Assembly (NCBI GenBank): GCA_965219245.1
Contig: OZ244722.1
Span: forward strand, 3,938,947 to 4,002,946
Direction: 5' to 3'
Source: Dehalococcoidia bacterium
GTDB taxonomy: Bacteria > Chloroflexota > Dehalococcoidia > Lucifugimonadales > VXLM01
DNA length: 64,000 bases
Notes under the pieces: model-generated
What the model was told of the DNA's origin: nothing
Database searches by the model: none
Seen by the model: the letters and a program-made list of their open reading frames with translations, nothing else
Position numbers and translations under genes: made by a program
Part shown: one piece after another, positions 18,394-27,018 of the stretch
Numbering within the stretch: position 1 is the first letter of the stretch
Layout of the letters: every line of letters starts with the position of its first letter

Positions 18394-19944
18394 TTAGCTA
18401 CCCTTGATGAAGTCGGCTGCGCGCTCCGCCATGGCAAACACCGTAAGGTTGAGATTAGCCCGGACCGTGTCGGGCATGATCGAGGCATCGACGATGCGCA
18501 GTCCGTCGACGCCGTAGACCCTCCCGTACTGGTCCACCACGGCCAACGGGTCATTTGAAGGCCCCATTTTGCAGGTGCTCGATACGTGGTGTGCGGTGAT
18601 GACCTCCCGCTTCATCCAGGAGTCCAGGGCATCGTCGTTGTATAGGACGTCGTCCGATGGCGCGAGCCGCTCCTCTGCTATTTGATCGAAGGCCTCGTGC
18701 TTGAACAGGTCAGCGCATGTCCTGAGGGCTTCACGGAGCCGCGACCTATCGAACGGATCGTCCAGAAGGTTGAAATCGAGGTAGGGAGGCTGCCTGGGGT
18801 CGGCGGATTGGATGCGCAGCTCCCCCTGGCTCAAAGCCAAGTAAAGGCACAAGCTTACGCCTACTCCTACCGGGTTCCTATGGTCCAATCCCCTCATGGG
18901 CCTCGCCGCCGAGTAGTTGCCCATGTAGATGACCATGTCGTTCTTGAAGGGCGAACCCGAGGCCGTAAACCGCAGGGTGACGGTGCCAGTCGTGACCTGG
19001 TCGATGTCTAACGGGAACCCTTCGCGTGTGCGCCAAGCCATTGGGACATCGGGATGATCCCGAAGATTTCGCCCGACTCCGGGGAGGTCCTGTACAACGG
19101 GTATGTCCAACTTCCGCAGCCGGTCCGGGGGCCCAATACCCGAAAGAGCGAGGATGTGCGGCGATCCTATGGCGCCGGCACTGAGGATGACCTCATCGCC
19201 GTAGACGTGAAACTCTTCATGACCGCTGATTACCCGCAGTCCTATCGCCCGATGGCCCTCGAAGATGACACCGATGACAAGGCAGTGAGGTCTGATGGTC
19301 AAGCCCGGTCGATTGCGAGCCGGGTCGAGGTAGCCACTTGCCGCACTCACGCGCACACGGCCGGCGATGTTGAATGCCAGGGGCCCTACGCCCGTCGAAT
19401 TGGGTCGATTGTGGTCAGGGCAGTCTGGGAACCCGGCGTCTCGACATGCCCGATAGAAGGCGTGTTGTTGGGGCCCCCATTCGTCGGGCCGGTACCTGCG
19501 GCAGCTGATGGGGCCATCCGAACCATGGTATTCATCCGTGAAGTCCTGGTCGGCTTCCAACTTTCGCAGGTAGGGGAATATCTTATCGAACCGCCACTCT
19601 GTGTTCTCCCACTCCGCCCAACGGTCGAAGTCCTCCGGCATTCCTCGAAGAAACTGAGCGTCGTTGATGGCGCTGGAGCCGCCAGTTACCTTCCCGCGAG
19701 GGACATCTATCCAGGCACTGTCCGTGGCCCTGGCGCGAAAATTCCATGCGTGTTCGCTATCCCAAAGTTCTTCCACTGCCCCGTAGGCGTACTTCACCGA
19801 ATCGGGCATGCCTTCCGGCGTAGGATAGTCTCCTCCCGCCTCGAGAAGCAGGACAGACCGGTGACTGTCTTCCGATAGACGGGCCGCCAAGACCGCGCCT
19901 GCCGAACCTGCCCCAACAATAATATGATCGTATTTCTTACGCAT
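18394..19944 (-). CDS. GMC-family FAD oxidoreductase (choline dehydrogenase-like)
   Basis: [22 protein letters not shown] Rossmann motif, GMC signature regions, and C-terminal HxxxTCKMG ([10 protein letters not shown]). Start taken at ATG 19944 (MRKKYDH). Confidence 0.85.
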   Translation of the reverse strand: MRKKYDHIIVGAGSAGAVLAARLSEDSHRSVLLLEAGGDYPTPEGMPDSVKYAYGAVEELWDSEHAWNFRARATDSAWIDVPRGKVTGGSSAINDAQFLRGMPEDFDRWAEWENTEWRFDKIFPYLRKLEADQDFTDEYHGSDGPISCRRYRPDEWGPQQHAFYRACRDAGFPDCPDHNRPNSTGVGPLAFNIAGRVRVSAASGYLDPARNRPGLTIRPHCLVIGVIFEGHRAIGLRVISGHEEFHVYGDEVILSAGAIGSPHILALSGIGPPDRLRKLDIPVVQDLPGVGRNLRDHPDVPMAWRTREGFPLDIDQVTTGTVTLRFTASGSPFKNDMVIYMGNYSAARPMRGLDHRNPVGVGVSLCLYLALSQGELRIQSADPRQPPYLDFNLLDDPFDRSRLREALRTCADLFKHEAFDQIAEERLAPSDDVLYNDDALDSWMKREVITAHHVSSTCKMGPSNDPLAVVDQYGRVYGVDGLRIVDASIMPDTVRANLNLTVFAMAERAADFIKGS

Positions 19945-19954
19945 GTCGCCCAAT

Positions 19955-21349
19955 CTAGAGACGCAGCTCCAATCGTGGCTCTAATAGCCGGTCCGGCACG
20001 CTGGTTTCGCGCATGAACCCGACCAGAAGCTGATGGATGTCTTTGGCTACGTCCATGTGCCTCTCAAACACATTGTCTAGCTGTTGGGGATCGGACGCCA
20101 GATTGTATAGCTGAGACACTCCTGGGGCAGGACTGTATAGCAGGCTCCAATGTCCCGCAGTCACGGTCGTGACCGGAGGGTCCTTGAGATCCCGGAGGAA
20201 GTTGTCTACTGATTGCACCTGATCGCCCGGATTGGCGAATGGGATGCTGCTTACCACATAGTCGCGTCCTGATCGTGTGACGTCGCCCATGGCAGGCGAA
20301 AGGGAGCGGCCCTGAACGAAGTCCGGGATATCCAGACCCAGCAGATCAAGCACTGTGGGCATCACATCAATTGCGGAACTCAATCCGCTGTACACGCCGG
20401 GAGATACCCCGGGCGCACGGATCAGAAGAGGCAAATGAACGATCTCTTCAAAGAGCGGAGAGTAGCTCCACTGCGAACCCGGTTCGTCATATGGCCGAAG
20501 CGTTCCGTCCGGGTACTTGTCAGAGCTCATCTTGCCAAAGAGACCTCCATGCTCTCCGAAGTAGAAGCCATGGTCTGTGGTGAAAATGACAACCGTCTCG
20601 TTCGCAAGTCCCATATTCTCGACGGATTTCAGCAAGAAACCCAACCACGTGTCGACCATAGTGATCTCACCACAGTAGGCAGCGTGGCCCTTCCGGAGCT
20701 TCTCTTCGTCGTAGCCCGGCACATCATGCCAGTTGCCGTAGAGCGGGAGCACCACCTCGCCGTCGTACTCAGGCAGGTAGAGCTCAGTGTAGTAGGATGG
20801 GGCATCCCAGGGTTCGTGGGGATCCCATGTGTCCACATACAGGAAGAAATCCTCCTTGTAGTGGCGTTCCAACCACTGCATGGCAGTCATGAATGTCTTC
20901 GGTGCATTCCTGTCCGATTCATAGCGCCATCTATCCCTGATATCCAATGCCTCATTGTGATAGCCGGGCTCTGGAATCAACGACCACAGGGTGTCTTGTC
21001 CGGTGTTCATGAAGAAAGTCTGGAAGCCGCGGTCGTAGTTCATTCCATTCCTGAGGTAGTATGGCGTGTCCACGGAAGCCGCCGTGTGAAGGCCATGTTC
21101 GGCCAGTATCTCCGCCAGGGTGGTCACCCCCGCAGGTAGAGCTTCCCACCCCATGAAGGACATCGTCCAGCGCCCGGTATGATGGTCTGCCCGGGTGGGC
21201 ATGGTCGGGAATCCGGCAGAATAGTGTCCGTCGAACCTGACCGACCTGGCTGCCAGGGCATCAAGAGAAGGCGTCCGAATCGTCGGATTGCCGTATGCGC
21301 CTAGATGGTCCCTGCGGAAGGTGTCAGCAACGATCCAGATGACATTCAT
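19955..21349 (-). CDS. sulfatase-like (alkaline phosphatase superfamily) hydrolase
   Basis: N-terminal [15 protein letters not shown] metal-binding block and TTDHG. The nucleophile position reads TMPTR instead of C/S-x-P-x-R. GGAGG precedes the ATG. Confidence 0.75.
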   Translation of the reverse strand: MNVIWIVADTFRRDHLGAYGNPTIRTPSLDALAARSVRFDGHYSAGFPTMPTRADHHTGRWTMSFMGWEALPAGVTTLAEILAEHGLHTAASVDTPYYLRNGMNYDRGFQTFFMNTGQDTLWSLIPEPGYHNEALDIRDRWRYESDRNAPKTFMTAMQWLERHYKEDFFLYVDTWDPHEPWDAPSYYTELYLPEYDGEVVLPLYGNWHDVPGYDEEKLRKGHAAYCGEITMVDTWLGFLLKSVENMGLANETVVIFTTDHGFYFGEHGGLFGKMSSDKYPDGTLRPYDEPGSQWSYSPLFEEIVHLPLLIRAPGVSPGVYSGLSSAIDVMPTVLDLLGLDIPDFVQGRSLSPAMGDVTRSGRDYVVSSIPFANPGDQVQSVDNFLRDLKDPPVTTVTAGHWSLLYSPAPGVSQLYNLASDPQQLDNVFERHMDVAKDIHQLLVGFMRETSVPDRLLEPRLELRL

Positions 21350-21804
21350 CTAGGTCACCTCCATGCTCTGTCACCGGAAATGTATCACAGGTCGCGGAAC
21401 CCCGGAATGACCGTGAACCGGTCGAGACCGTCAGGAACAACGTCACTACCGAATAGACTTCCTGTGAGAAAGTTCACGTGCCGCTCAGAATCTTGATCAG
21501 CCGGATACAGAGCAGACATATCTACCCAGCGGACCAGTAGGAGAAAGCCACGCCAATGTTCGTGATCGGGGTAGAGAATCCCTCTCCAGAGCTGGGCGTC
21601 TGCTTAAAGCGTTGGGGGCAGCCCCATGTCAACCACGCTGGAAGAAAAGGTCTTGTTGACCGGACTCAGCTCATCGACGGGGCAGTAGCCAACTTTCCGT
21701 GAGATACACGATTCTCACGCCGAGTGACATTCCCTTGCCAGGATGGCCAAGACATCCTTCTACTCAGTCCGGTCCTGACTGCCGTTAAGAACTGGTGAGC
21801 CGCT

Positions 21805-21823
21805 TCTTACTGTAGACAGAACC
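21805..21823 (+). repeat. 19-mer TCTTACTGTAGACAGAACC, copy 1
   Basis: Perfect inverted match to 23762-23780. A diverged 21/26 copy lies at 16890-16915. Confidence 0.8.
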
Positions 21824-22565
21824 TTCGAACTCCTGATTAGCTTGGAACTCTAGGGGAAACTGACTGGTTCGAGTCAAGTTTGGTAGAGCGTGCCGATCTG
21901 GAGGACTCGGCAGTCGGGCTTCTCCTTCGCCTGCCGCGCCAGTTGCCCCATGGAGCGGTGCAACGCCACTGTGTGTTCGAAGGCGCGGGCTGGGGGACGG
22001 CTCCCCGCCCCGGGGAGTCATGCCAACTCATGGGCCCCTTGTCATCAACTGGTTCCACGCTCTATTTTTGGACCGCTCCTGACACGGAGGCCCGCTCCCG
22101 GCGGGTCAGCACCGCCAATCCCAGACGGCAGAGGACAAGGCGCTTGCGGCCACCTAGCGATACGCGAGATTCCAGGCCAGCGACGGTCTGCCAAGGGATG
22201 TCGAGAATGTAGTCTCGTCTTAGGGTCTACGCCTGGCTGGTCTTATCGCCACTCTTGCCGACAATTGGTATATGATGACCCGGCCGTTACCGAGCCACTA
22301 GGAGGTGATTGGGGCTCGACGCCGATTGGGTTACCATCATGGGGTGGAAGTTGGCGCTGGATCCTCGGTTATTCAGATAGGAGACATGGTCTTAAGTCCG
22401 AGTCAAAGGGCGGCAACAGCGCTCAGACGAAAGAAACTGAAGGTAAGGCTAGTCACGCGGAACCGCGGAGCGAAACTTGGCTCCTAGCGGAACCCCAGAT
22501 GAATGCGCAGGCAGACCTGCTTAGAGGATTCCTAGGGCGGTCGTAGACAGGGACTATTTGAAACC

Positions 22566-23690
22566 GTGCTCGAGCAACTGAGTAATCTCTCCCCTCTCGC
22601 TCGGCGGCGCATAAGGCTTCTGGCATCAGTTGCCGTCGCCATCGGGCTGCTGATGGCCGCCTGGCAACTGCTACTGATCCTTCTGCCCCTAGTTATAAGC
22701 GGACTTACTGCCTACTCGCTCATGCCCCTGGTGCGCGCCGGCGAGCGGACAGCGCCGGCGCGCCGCTGGCCCGGCCCTAGCAGCGTGATCATCGCCATCG
22801 CCGTCTCCGCCCTGGCGGTCATCATCGTCCTCGGACTCTTCGCGATAACCGTGTGGGCGCTGGTGGACGGGGTGTACACCCTTGCTGAAACGATGCCCGT
22901 CCTGCTGGAAGGGGCCAGCGAAGAGTGGATCAAGCTTGAACGCTTCTACCGCGAACGAGTGCCCCTCACCATCCAGGAGGCGGTTGATCCGCAAGTGGCG
23001 AAAATGTACGACTCGATTCTAGAAGCAGCGGCTAATGCAGTGGGAAGCATTCTCACCGCAATCCAAAGCAACATCGCCCAATTCATAACGCTCGTAGCTG
23101 CTCCAGTAACGATTTTCCAGATGCTTCGTGCGCCGTCAGCTCTCTCCAACAGTAGCCGGAGGCTGATACCGGGTCCGCTGCAAGAGGACTTGCCGGAAAT
23201 GGTCCGGATCGCCGGTGAGGTCATCGTCGCCTACTTCCGGATTCAGCTTCTGCTGGGCGCAATCGTGGGTATGGTCATCTTCCTCGCCTACTCGGCGCTG
23301 GGGATACCACTGGCGATGGCGTTGGGTTTACTCGGAGTGCTCTCGGAGTTGCTGCCGGTCATTGGGACCACCATCTTCGTCATCCTGACTAGCACCCTGC
23401 TGGTGCTGACTGACATATCAAAGTTGCCGCTGGCGCTGGGAGTCTTCATCATTGTCCAGGTGGTGCAGACTACCGTGGTGCAGCCCAGGCTCCAGGGGAG
23501 AGCTTTGGGATTGAATCCCATGGCGCTGGTGTTTGCCATGGCCGTATTCACGCTGTTCTTCGGGTTGCTGGGAGCACTGGTGGCGGCTCCTCTTACCGCA
23601 GCTGTATATCACGTCCTGCGATACGTGGGCCGGGAATGGGAATGGAGTGAACACCCGGCGGACATCTCATCAGATTTAGGCGACGGGTAG
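22566..23690 (+). CDS. AI-2E family transporter (PerM/UPF0118-like permease)
   Basis: 374 aa with multiple TM segments and family-typical blocks (LLPVIGTTIF, VQPRLQG, ALGLNP). GTG start without a clear SD, so the start is uncertain. Confidence 0.75.
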   Translation: MLEQLSNLSPLARRRIRLLASVAVAIGLLMAAWQLLLILLPLVISGLTAYSLMPLVRAGERTAPARRWPGPSSVIIAIAVSALAVIIVLGLFAITVWALVDGVYTLAETMPVLLEGASEEWIKLERFYRERVPLTIQEAVDPQVAKMYDSILEAAANAVGSILTAIQSNIAQFITLVAAPVTIFQMLRAPSALSNSSRRLIPGPLQEDLPEMVRIAGEVIVAYFRIQLLLGAIVGMVIFLAYSALGIPLAMALGLLGVLSELLPVIGTTIFVILTSTLLVLTDISKLPLALGVFIIVQVVQTTVVQPRLQGRALGLNPMALVFAMAVFTLFFGLLGALVAAPLTAAVYHVLRYVGREWEWSEHPADISSDLGDG

Positions 23691-23761
23691 TGCCCAGTCA
23701 AACTTGAATCAATACTGTCAGCCTGAATCTCAAGCTGAGAGTTCTTGATTTTGTCAAGTCT

Positions 23762-23780
23762 GGTTCTGTCTACAGTAAGA
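23762..23780 (-). repeat. 19-mer TCTTACTGTAGACAGAACC, copy 2, 2 nt downstream of the tRNA-Lys 3' end
   Basis: The plus strand reads GGTTCTGTCTACAGTAAGA, the exact reverse complement of 21805-21823. Confidence 0.8.
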
Positions 23781-23782
23781 GG

Positions 23783-23859
<77 letters not shown>

Positions 23860-23901
23860 ACGTGCGTGCATGGCTGATGAAGTATGGGCGCGGCGGATTC
23901 C

Positions 23902-23931
23902 ATTGTAGCGGCGGCTTCTTTTGAGCGTCAA
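23902..23931 (-). promoter_or_regulatory. sigma70-like promoter for tRNA-Lys: TTGACG, 18-nt spacer, TACAAT
   Basis: The hexamers read on the minus strand at 23931-23926 and 23907-23902, about 43 nt upstream of the mature tRNA 5' end. Confidence 0.4.
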
Positions 23932-24180
23932 GGTAAATGCCGCGCTCGCGGGGTTGTTCTGGCAGTGCAGTGCGGGACAGACGGTGACGGCGGGGGCAAG
24001 ACGCAGGTCCGTAGGGTCGTAAGTGGGGCGAGCTTCATGGGGCAGAACATGCTCGACGCCCACTTCGGTGTCGGGGAAGCTGACGAGATTGATTCCGTGA
24101 CGGTGCACTGGCCGAGTGGGAAGGTGCAGCGGGTCACGGACGTTGAGGTGGACCGGGTAATCGCGGTGGTGGAGCCGTAG
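23932..24180 (+). pseudogene. C-terminal fragment of an ASPIC/UnbV (CRTAC1-like) protein
   Basis: GKTQVRRVVSGASFMGQNMLDAHFGVGEADEIDSVTVHWPSGKVQRV matches only the conserved ASPIC/UnbV C-terminal domain. The several hundred N-terminal residues expected for this family are absent. Confidence 0.6.
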
Positions 24181-24189
24181 CGGGGGGAG

Positions 24190-24226
24190 CCCCCTCTCTG
24201 TATCTCTCCCCCGGCGGGGGAGAGAT
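24190..24226 (+). repeat. three-arm Py/Pu hairpin repeat, copy B
   Basis: CCCCCTCTCTGTATCTCTCCCCCGGCGGGGGAGAGAT, followed by two degenerate Py/Pu hairpins up to about 24300. Confidence 0.8.
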
Positions 24227-24403
24227 TAGGCGGGGTGATCTTCCCCGGTTGGGGAGAGGCTTGGGCAGGGTGATCTCCCCGGCGGGCGGGCTGGGGTAGA
24301 CAAACGGGAATTGTAGCCCTTTTCCGGGTCCCGTGTTCCTGACATTCCGGGAGGAGCGAGGATTCCAAAGTCAAACACCCAAAGACCGGTCAGCCGGCGC
24401 CTA

Positions 24404-25610
24404 GTACCGGTTCCATATGTATTTGACAAATATAAGAAGTAGGTTAGTATTGTGTATGATCCTATAGGGAGGACATACGAAGACATGCCTGCTCTCAAGT
24501 ACAAGGTGGAGTTGAACGAGTCGGAACGGACACATCTCAAAGAGATCGCGAGTCGTGGGGAGACTTCTGTCCGTAAGGTCAAGCGAGCGCTGGTGTTGCT
24601 TAAGGCAGACGAAGGTCTGATCGACCGTGACATCGCCAGCGGTCTATTGATAAGCACATCCACGGTGGGACGTGTGCGCACGCGGTTTGTGAAGGAGGGA
24701 CTCGACTGTGCGATCAATGAACGCACGCGACCGGGACAGAAGCGCAAGTTGGACGGCAGACAGGAAGCGCATCTGATAGCCATCGCGTGCAGCGATGCAC
24801 CCGAAGGACACGCGGACTGGACGCTGCAACTAATTGCCGACAAGGCGGTGGCGATGGGGTTTGCCGAGAGCATCTCCCTCGAGACGGTGCGCCAGATACT
24901 AAAAAAAACGAACTCAAACCGTGGAAGAAGAAGGAGTGGTGCATCCCCGAGGTGAGCGGAGAGTTCGTGGCTCGAATGGAGGACGTGCTGGACCTGTACC
25001 ATCAAGACTACGACCCGGACCATCCCGTGGTCTGCTTCGACGAGACATCCAAGCAGTTGGTGGCTGATAAGAGGCCCGCTATCAGGGCCAAGCCGGGTCG
25101 GGTGGAACGATATGACTACGAGTACAAGCGAAACGGGACACGAAACCTGTTCATGTTCTGTGAGCCGAAAGCTGGTTGGAGGCATGTCGAGGTGACCGAG
25201 CAACGCACTGCTGTGGACTTCGCTCATCAGATGAGATGGCTGGTTGATGAGGCATATCCTCACACCGAGACGATACGGCTGGTGCTGGACAATCTCAACA
25301 CTCACAAGCTGGGTTCGTTGTACGATGCCTTCGAGCCAGTCGAAGCGCGGCGCATCGCCAAACGCCTGGAGTTTCACTACACACCCCTACACGGCAGTTG
25401 GCTGAATATGGCTGAGATAGAGTTGAGCGTCTTGAGCAACCAGTGTCTCAACCGTCGAATCAGCGACGAGGTGGTACTGAAACGAGAGGTCTTGGCGCTG
25501 GAACGTGAACGCAATGAGGCTGTCGCCGTCATTGACTGGCGCTTCTCCACTCAGGACGCTCGCACTAAACTTCAACATATCTATCCATCATATTCAGATT
25601 GAACCGGTAC
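24404..25610 (+). mobile_element. IS630/Tc1-mariner family insertion sequence (1207 bp) flanked by TA
   Basis: Terminal inverted repeats GTACCGGTTCCATATGTATTTGAC (left) and GTACCGGTTCAATCTGAATATGAT (right, reverse complement) match at about 19 of 24 positions. TA dinucleotides at 24402-24403 and 25611-25612. Confidence 0.85.
24452..25602 (+). CDS. IS630-family DDE transposase, two overlapping frames joined by a -1 shift at an A8 run
   Basis: ORF1 carries the HTH region and ends just after ...VRQILKK. The -1 frame continues NELKPWKKKEWCIPE...DETSKQ...LDNLNTH...NMAEIE (DDE). The slippery A AAA AAA lies at 24901-24908. Confidence 0.8.
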
Positions 25611-25612
25611 TA

Positions 25613-25638
25613 GTACCGCTTCCATATGATTTTGGTAG
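25613..25638 (+). repeat. solo left-end-like IS630 terminal repeat abutting the IS right end
   Basis: GTACCGCTTCCATATGATTTTGG resembles the left TIR at 24404 and follows directly after the right TIR and TA. Confidence 0.45.
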
Positions 25639-25920
25639 CTTACTCAAAGCACCCTCACCCCCGTATCAAGTACGGGGCAGGCTCTAGCCCTCTCCCACGA
25701 CGGGAGAGGGGATAAATCGGCATCTTCCTGATCCTTATATTCAAGTTGACTGAGTACTAGCCTGTATTGTGACCAATGGGGGAATTCAGCGTAAGAATTC
25801 TCCAGACCGGCGTTATGACACCATAGATTCTTCGACTCTGCCCTGCTTCGCACAGAATGACAGTGACGGGGTTGCTTTCTCAATCAATGGAGAATGTCAA
25901 ATGCCTATCCCTGTCAGGCC

Positions 25921-26379
25921 TCACCGCCGGAGTGAGTTTGGGTTGTATGTGCGGGGGGCATCGGGATGGCGGGCGTGGTAGTCGTCTTCCTTTTCGAAGT
26001 TGGAGATGAGGCGGTTGAGGCGTTCGACCACCTTACGGTTTCCTTCGGCGTCGGCTACTTTGAGGCCATAGGTCATTACGTCGCGGGATGCGCGGGCGCG
26101 TTCTTCGGGGTCGTCAGACTCGAGACGTTCGGAGAGGACGTGGGCGGCTTTGAGCATGAGGGCCCTGATCTCGGCAGTGGCGAGGGCGGCGGCCTCCTCC
26201 CGCTGTCGCTCATATAGTTCTCTAAAAGCGGGTTCGTTCAACCAGCGATGAAAGGTCATACGTGAGATGCCCGCGTTCTCGGCGGCTTCGGTCTGTGACT
26301 TGGAGGAGGTCAAGTATGGGAGCGCAAGGAGCTGTCTCTCAGAGAGTTCGCCCGAATCTTCTGTAACATCTTGTAACAT
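25921..26379 (-). CDS. helix-turn-helix protein (phage/mobile-element-like regulator or small-terminase-like), paralog 1
   Basis: LSERQLLALPYL...TEAAENAGISRMTFHRWLNEP is an HTH. Start assigned to MLQDVTEDS (ATG 26379, GGAG 11 nt upstream), because a TTGACA-N17-TATCCT promoter lies inside the longer track ORF. Confidence 0.6.
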   Translation of the reverse strand: MLQDVTEDSGELSERQLLALPYLTSSKSQTEAAENAGISRMTFHRWLNEPAFRELYERQREEAAALATAEIRALMLKAAHVLSERLESDDPEERARASRDVMTYGLKVADAEGNRKVVERLNRLISNFEKEDDYHARHPDAPRTYNPNSLRR

Positions 26380-26389
26380 TTCGTAACAT
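26363..26389 (-). promoter_or_regulatory. three ATGTTAC direct repeats with exact 10-bp phasing over the SD and start codon of HTH paralog 1
   Basis: The minus strand reads GGAGAATGTTACGAAATGTTACAAGATGTTACAGAAG. Plus-strand GTAACAT at 26363, 26373 and 26383. Confidence 0.6.
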
Positions 26390-26433
26390 TCTCCTATGTC
26401 TTGAGTGGAGCGACGGAGGGTCGCTTGGATCCG

Positions 26434-26462
26434 AGGATAGTACATCTGTTCTTACATGTCAA
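26434..26462 (-). promoter_or_regulatory. sigma70-like promoter of HTH paralog 1: TTGACA, 17-nt spacer, TATCCT
   Basis: The hexamers read on the minus strand (26462-26457 and 26439-26434). The arrangement is duplicated at 27019-27047. Confidence 0.45.
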
Positions 26463-26964
26463 GTCGGGGTTTAGGGAACAGGGCACGAAGGTGCGGGTAC
26501 GAGGGCGTTTCGCTTGTATGATTTCGTGGACGTGACACGGTACGGTGTTTTGCATGGCCGGAACGGTTGCAGTCGTTCTTGGCGTCGGAGATGAGTTGGA
26601 TGAGGCGTTTGTGAGCCTCGCGTTCTCTTTCGTCGTCAGCCCTCTCGAGGTTGGAGACGGTCACGTATCGGAAGGTGGGGGTGGGTCTTCGTGGACCGTC
26701 GGACACGAGGCGTTCGGCGAGGGCGATGAAGGACTTGAGCATGAGGACTCTGATCTCGTCAATGGAGATTTCGGCGGCCTCGTCCCATTGTCGTTCGTAT
26801 ACGTCTCTAACGGTGGGGTCGTTGAACCAGAGGGACATGGTCTCGCGTGAGACTCCCAAGTTCTCCGCGGCTTCGGTGAATATCATGGCGGCGGACAGAT
26901 AGGGGACGGCGCGCAGCTGTCGCTCAGAGAGTTCGGACGAGTCTTCTGTAACATCTTGTAACAT
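26452..26964 (-). CDS. helix-turn-helix protein, paralog 2
   Basis: LSERQLRAVPYL...TEAAENLGVSRETMSLWFNDP. The leader and first roughly 30 codons are near-identical in nucleotide sequence to paralog 1. Start at ATG 26964. Confidence 0.6.
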   Translation of the reverse strand: MLQDVTEDSSELSERQLRAVPYLSAAMIFTEAAENLGVSRETMSLWFNDPTVRDVYERQWDEAAEISIDEIRVLMLKSFIALAERLVSDGPRRPTPTFRYVTVSNLERADDEREREAHKRLIQLISDAKNDCNRSGHAKHRTVSRPRNHTSETPSYPHLRALFPKPRLDM

Positions 26965-26974
26965 TTCGTAACAT
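26948..26974 (-). promoter_or_regulatory. three ATGTTAC direct repeats (10-bp phasing) over the start codon of HTH paralog 2
   Basis: Plus-strand GTAACAT at 26948, 26958 and 26968; same arrangement as 26363-26389. Confidence 0.6.
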
Positions 26975-27018
26975 TCTCCTATGTCTTGAGTGGAGTGACG
27001 GAGGGTCGCTTGGAATCG

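Noticed and set aside
17214-18554. Long antisense ORFs opposite real genes. Examples: 17214..18554, 10860..11987, 24226..25377, 15338..16192, 28636..29442, 35402..36097, 48686..49858, 54958..55752, 62470..63222.
   Set aside because: All lie opposite ORFs with clear family motifs. They have Arg/Gly/Pro/His-rich composition and no SD sites. Such shadow ORFs are expected in GC-rich DNA.
21690-21770. Possible tyrosine-integrase C-terminal remnant on the minus strand (CLGHPGKGMSLGVRIVYLTES, reminiscent of LGH....T...Y.H).
   Set aside because: It is only about 20 residues, the spacing is off by one or two positions, stops lie in all frames nearby, and there are no upstream R..HxxR boxes. Too weak to call.
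21890-22546. 218-aa plus-strand ORF, and overlapping 73-110-aa ORFs, in the 21.35-22.56 kb gap.
   Set aside because: They are Arg/Pro/Gly/Ser-rich low-complexity translations typical of random frames in GC-rich DNA. They lack SD sites, overlap one another, and show no recognisable motif.
22300-22560. Resemblance to known RNAs: GGGGCTCGAC (tmRNA-like 5' end), CAGATAGG..TTAAGTC (similar to the group II intron Ll.LtrB 5' region), AAGTCCG (RNase P-like), CTAGGG/CTAGCGG (ykkC-like).
   Set aside because: Each match is a short isolated word. There is no tRNA-like 3' end, no GTGCG 5' end, no domain V, and no RNase P or guanidine-riboswitch core motif. An intron would also have to run into the intact transporter gene.
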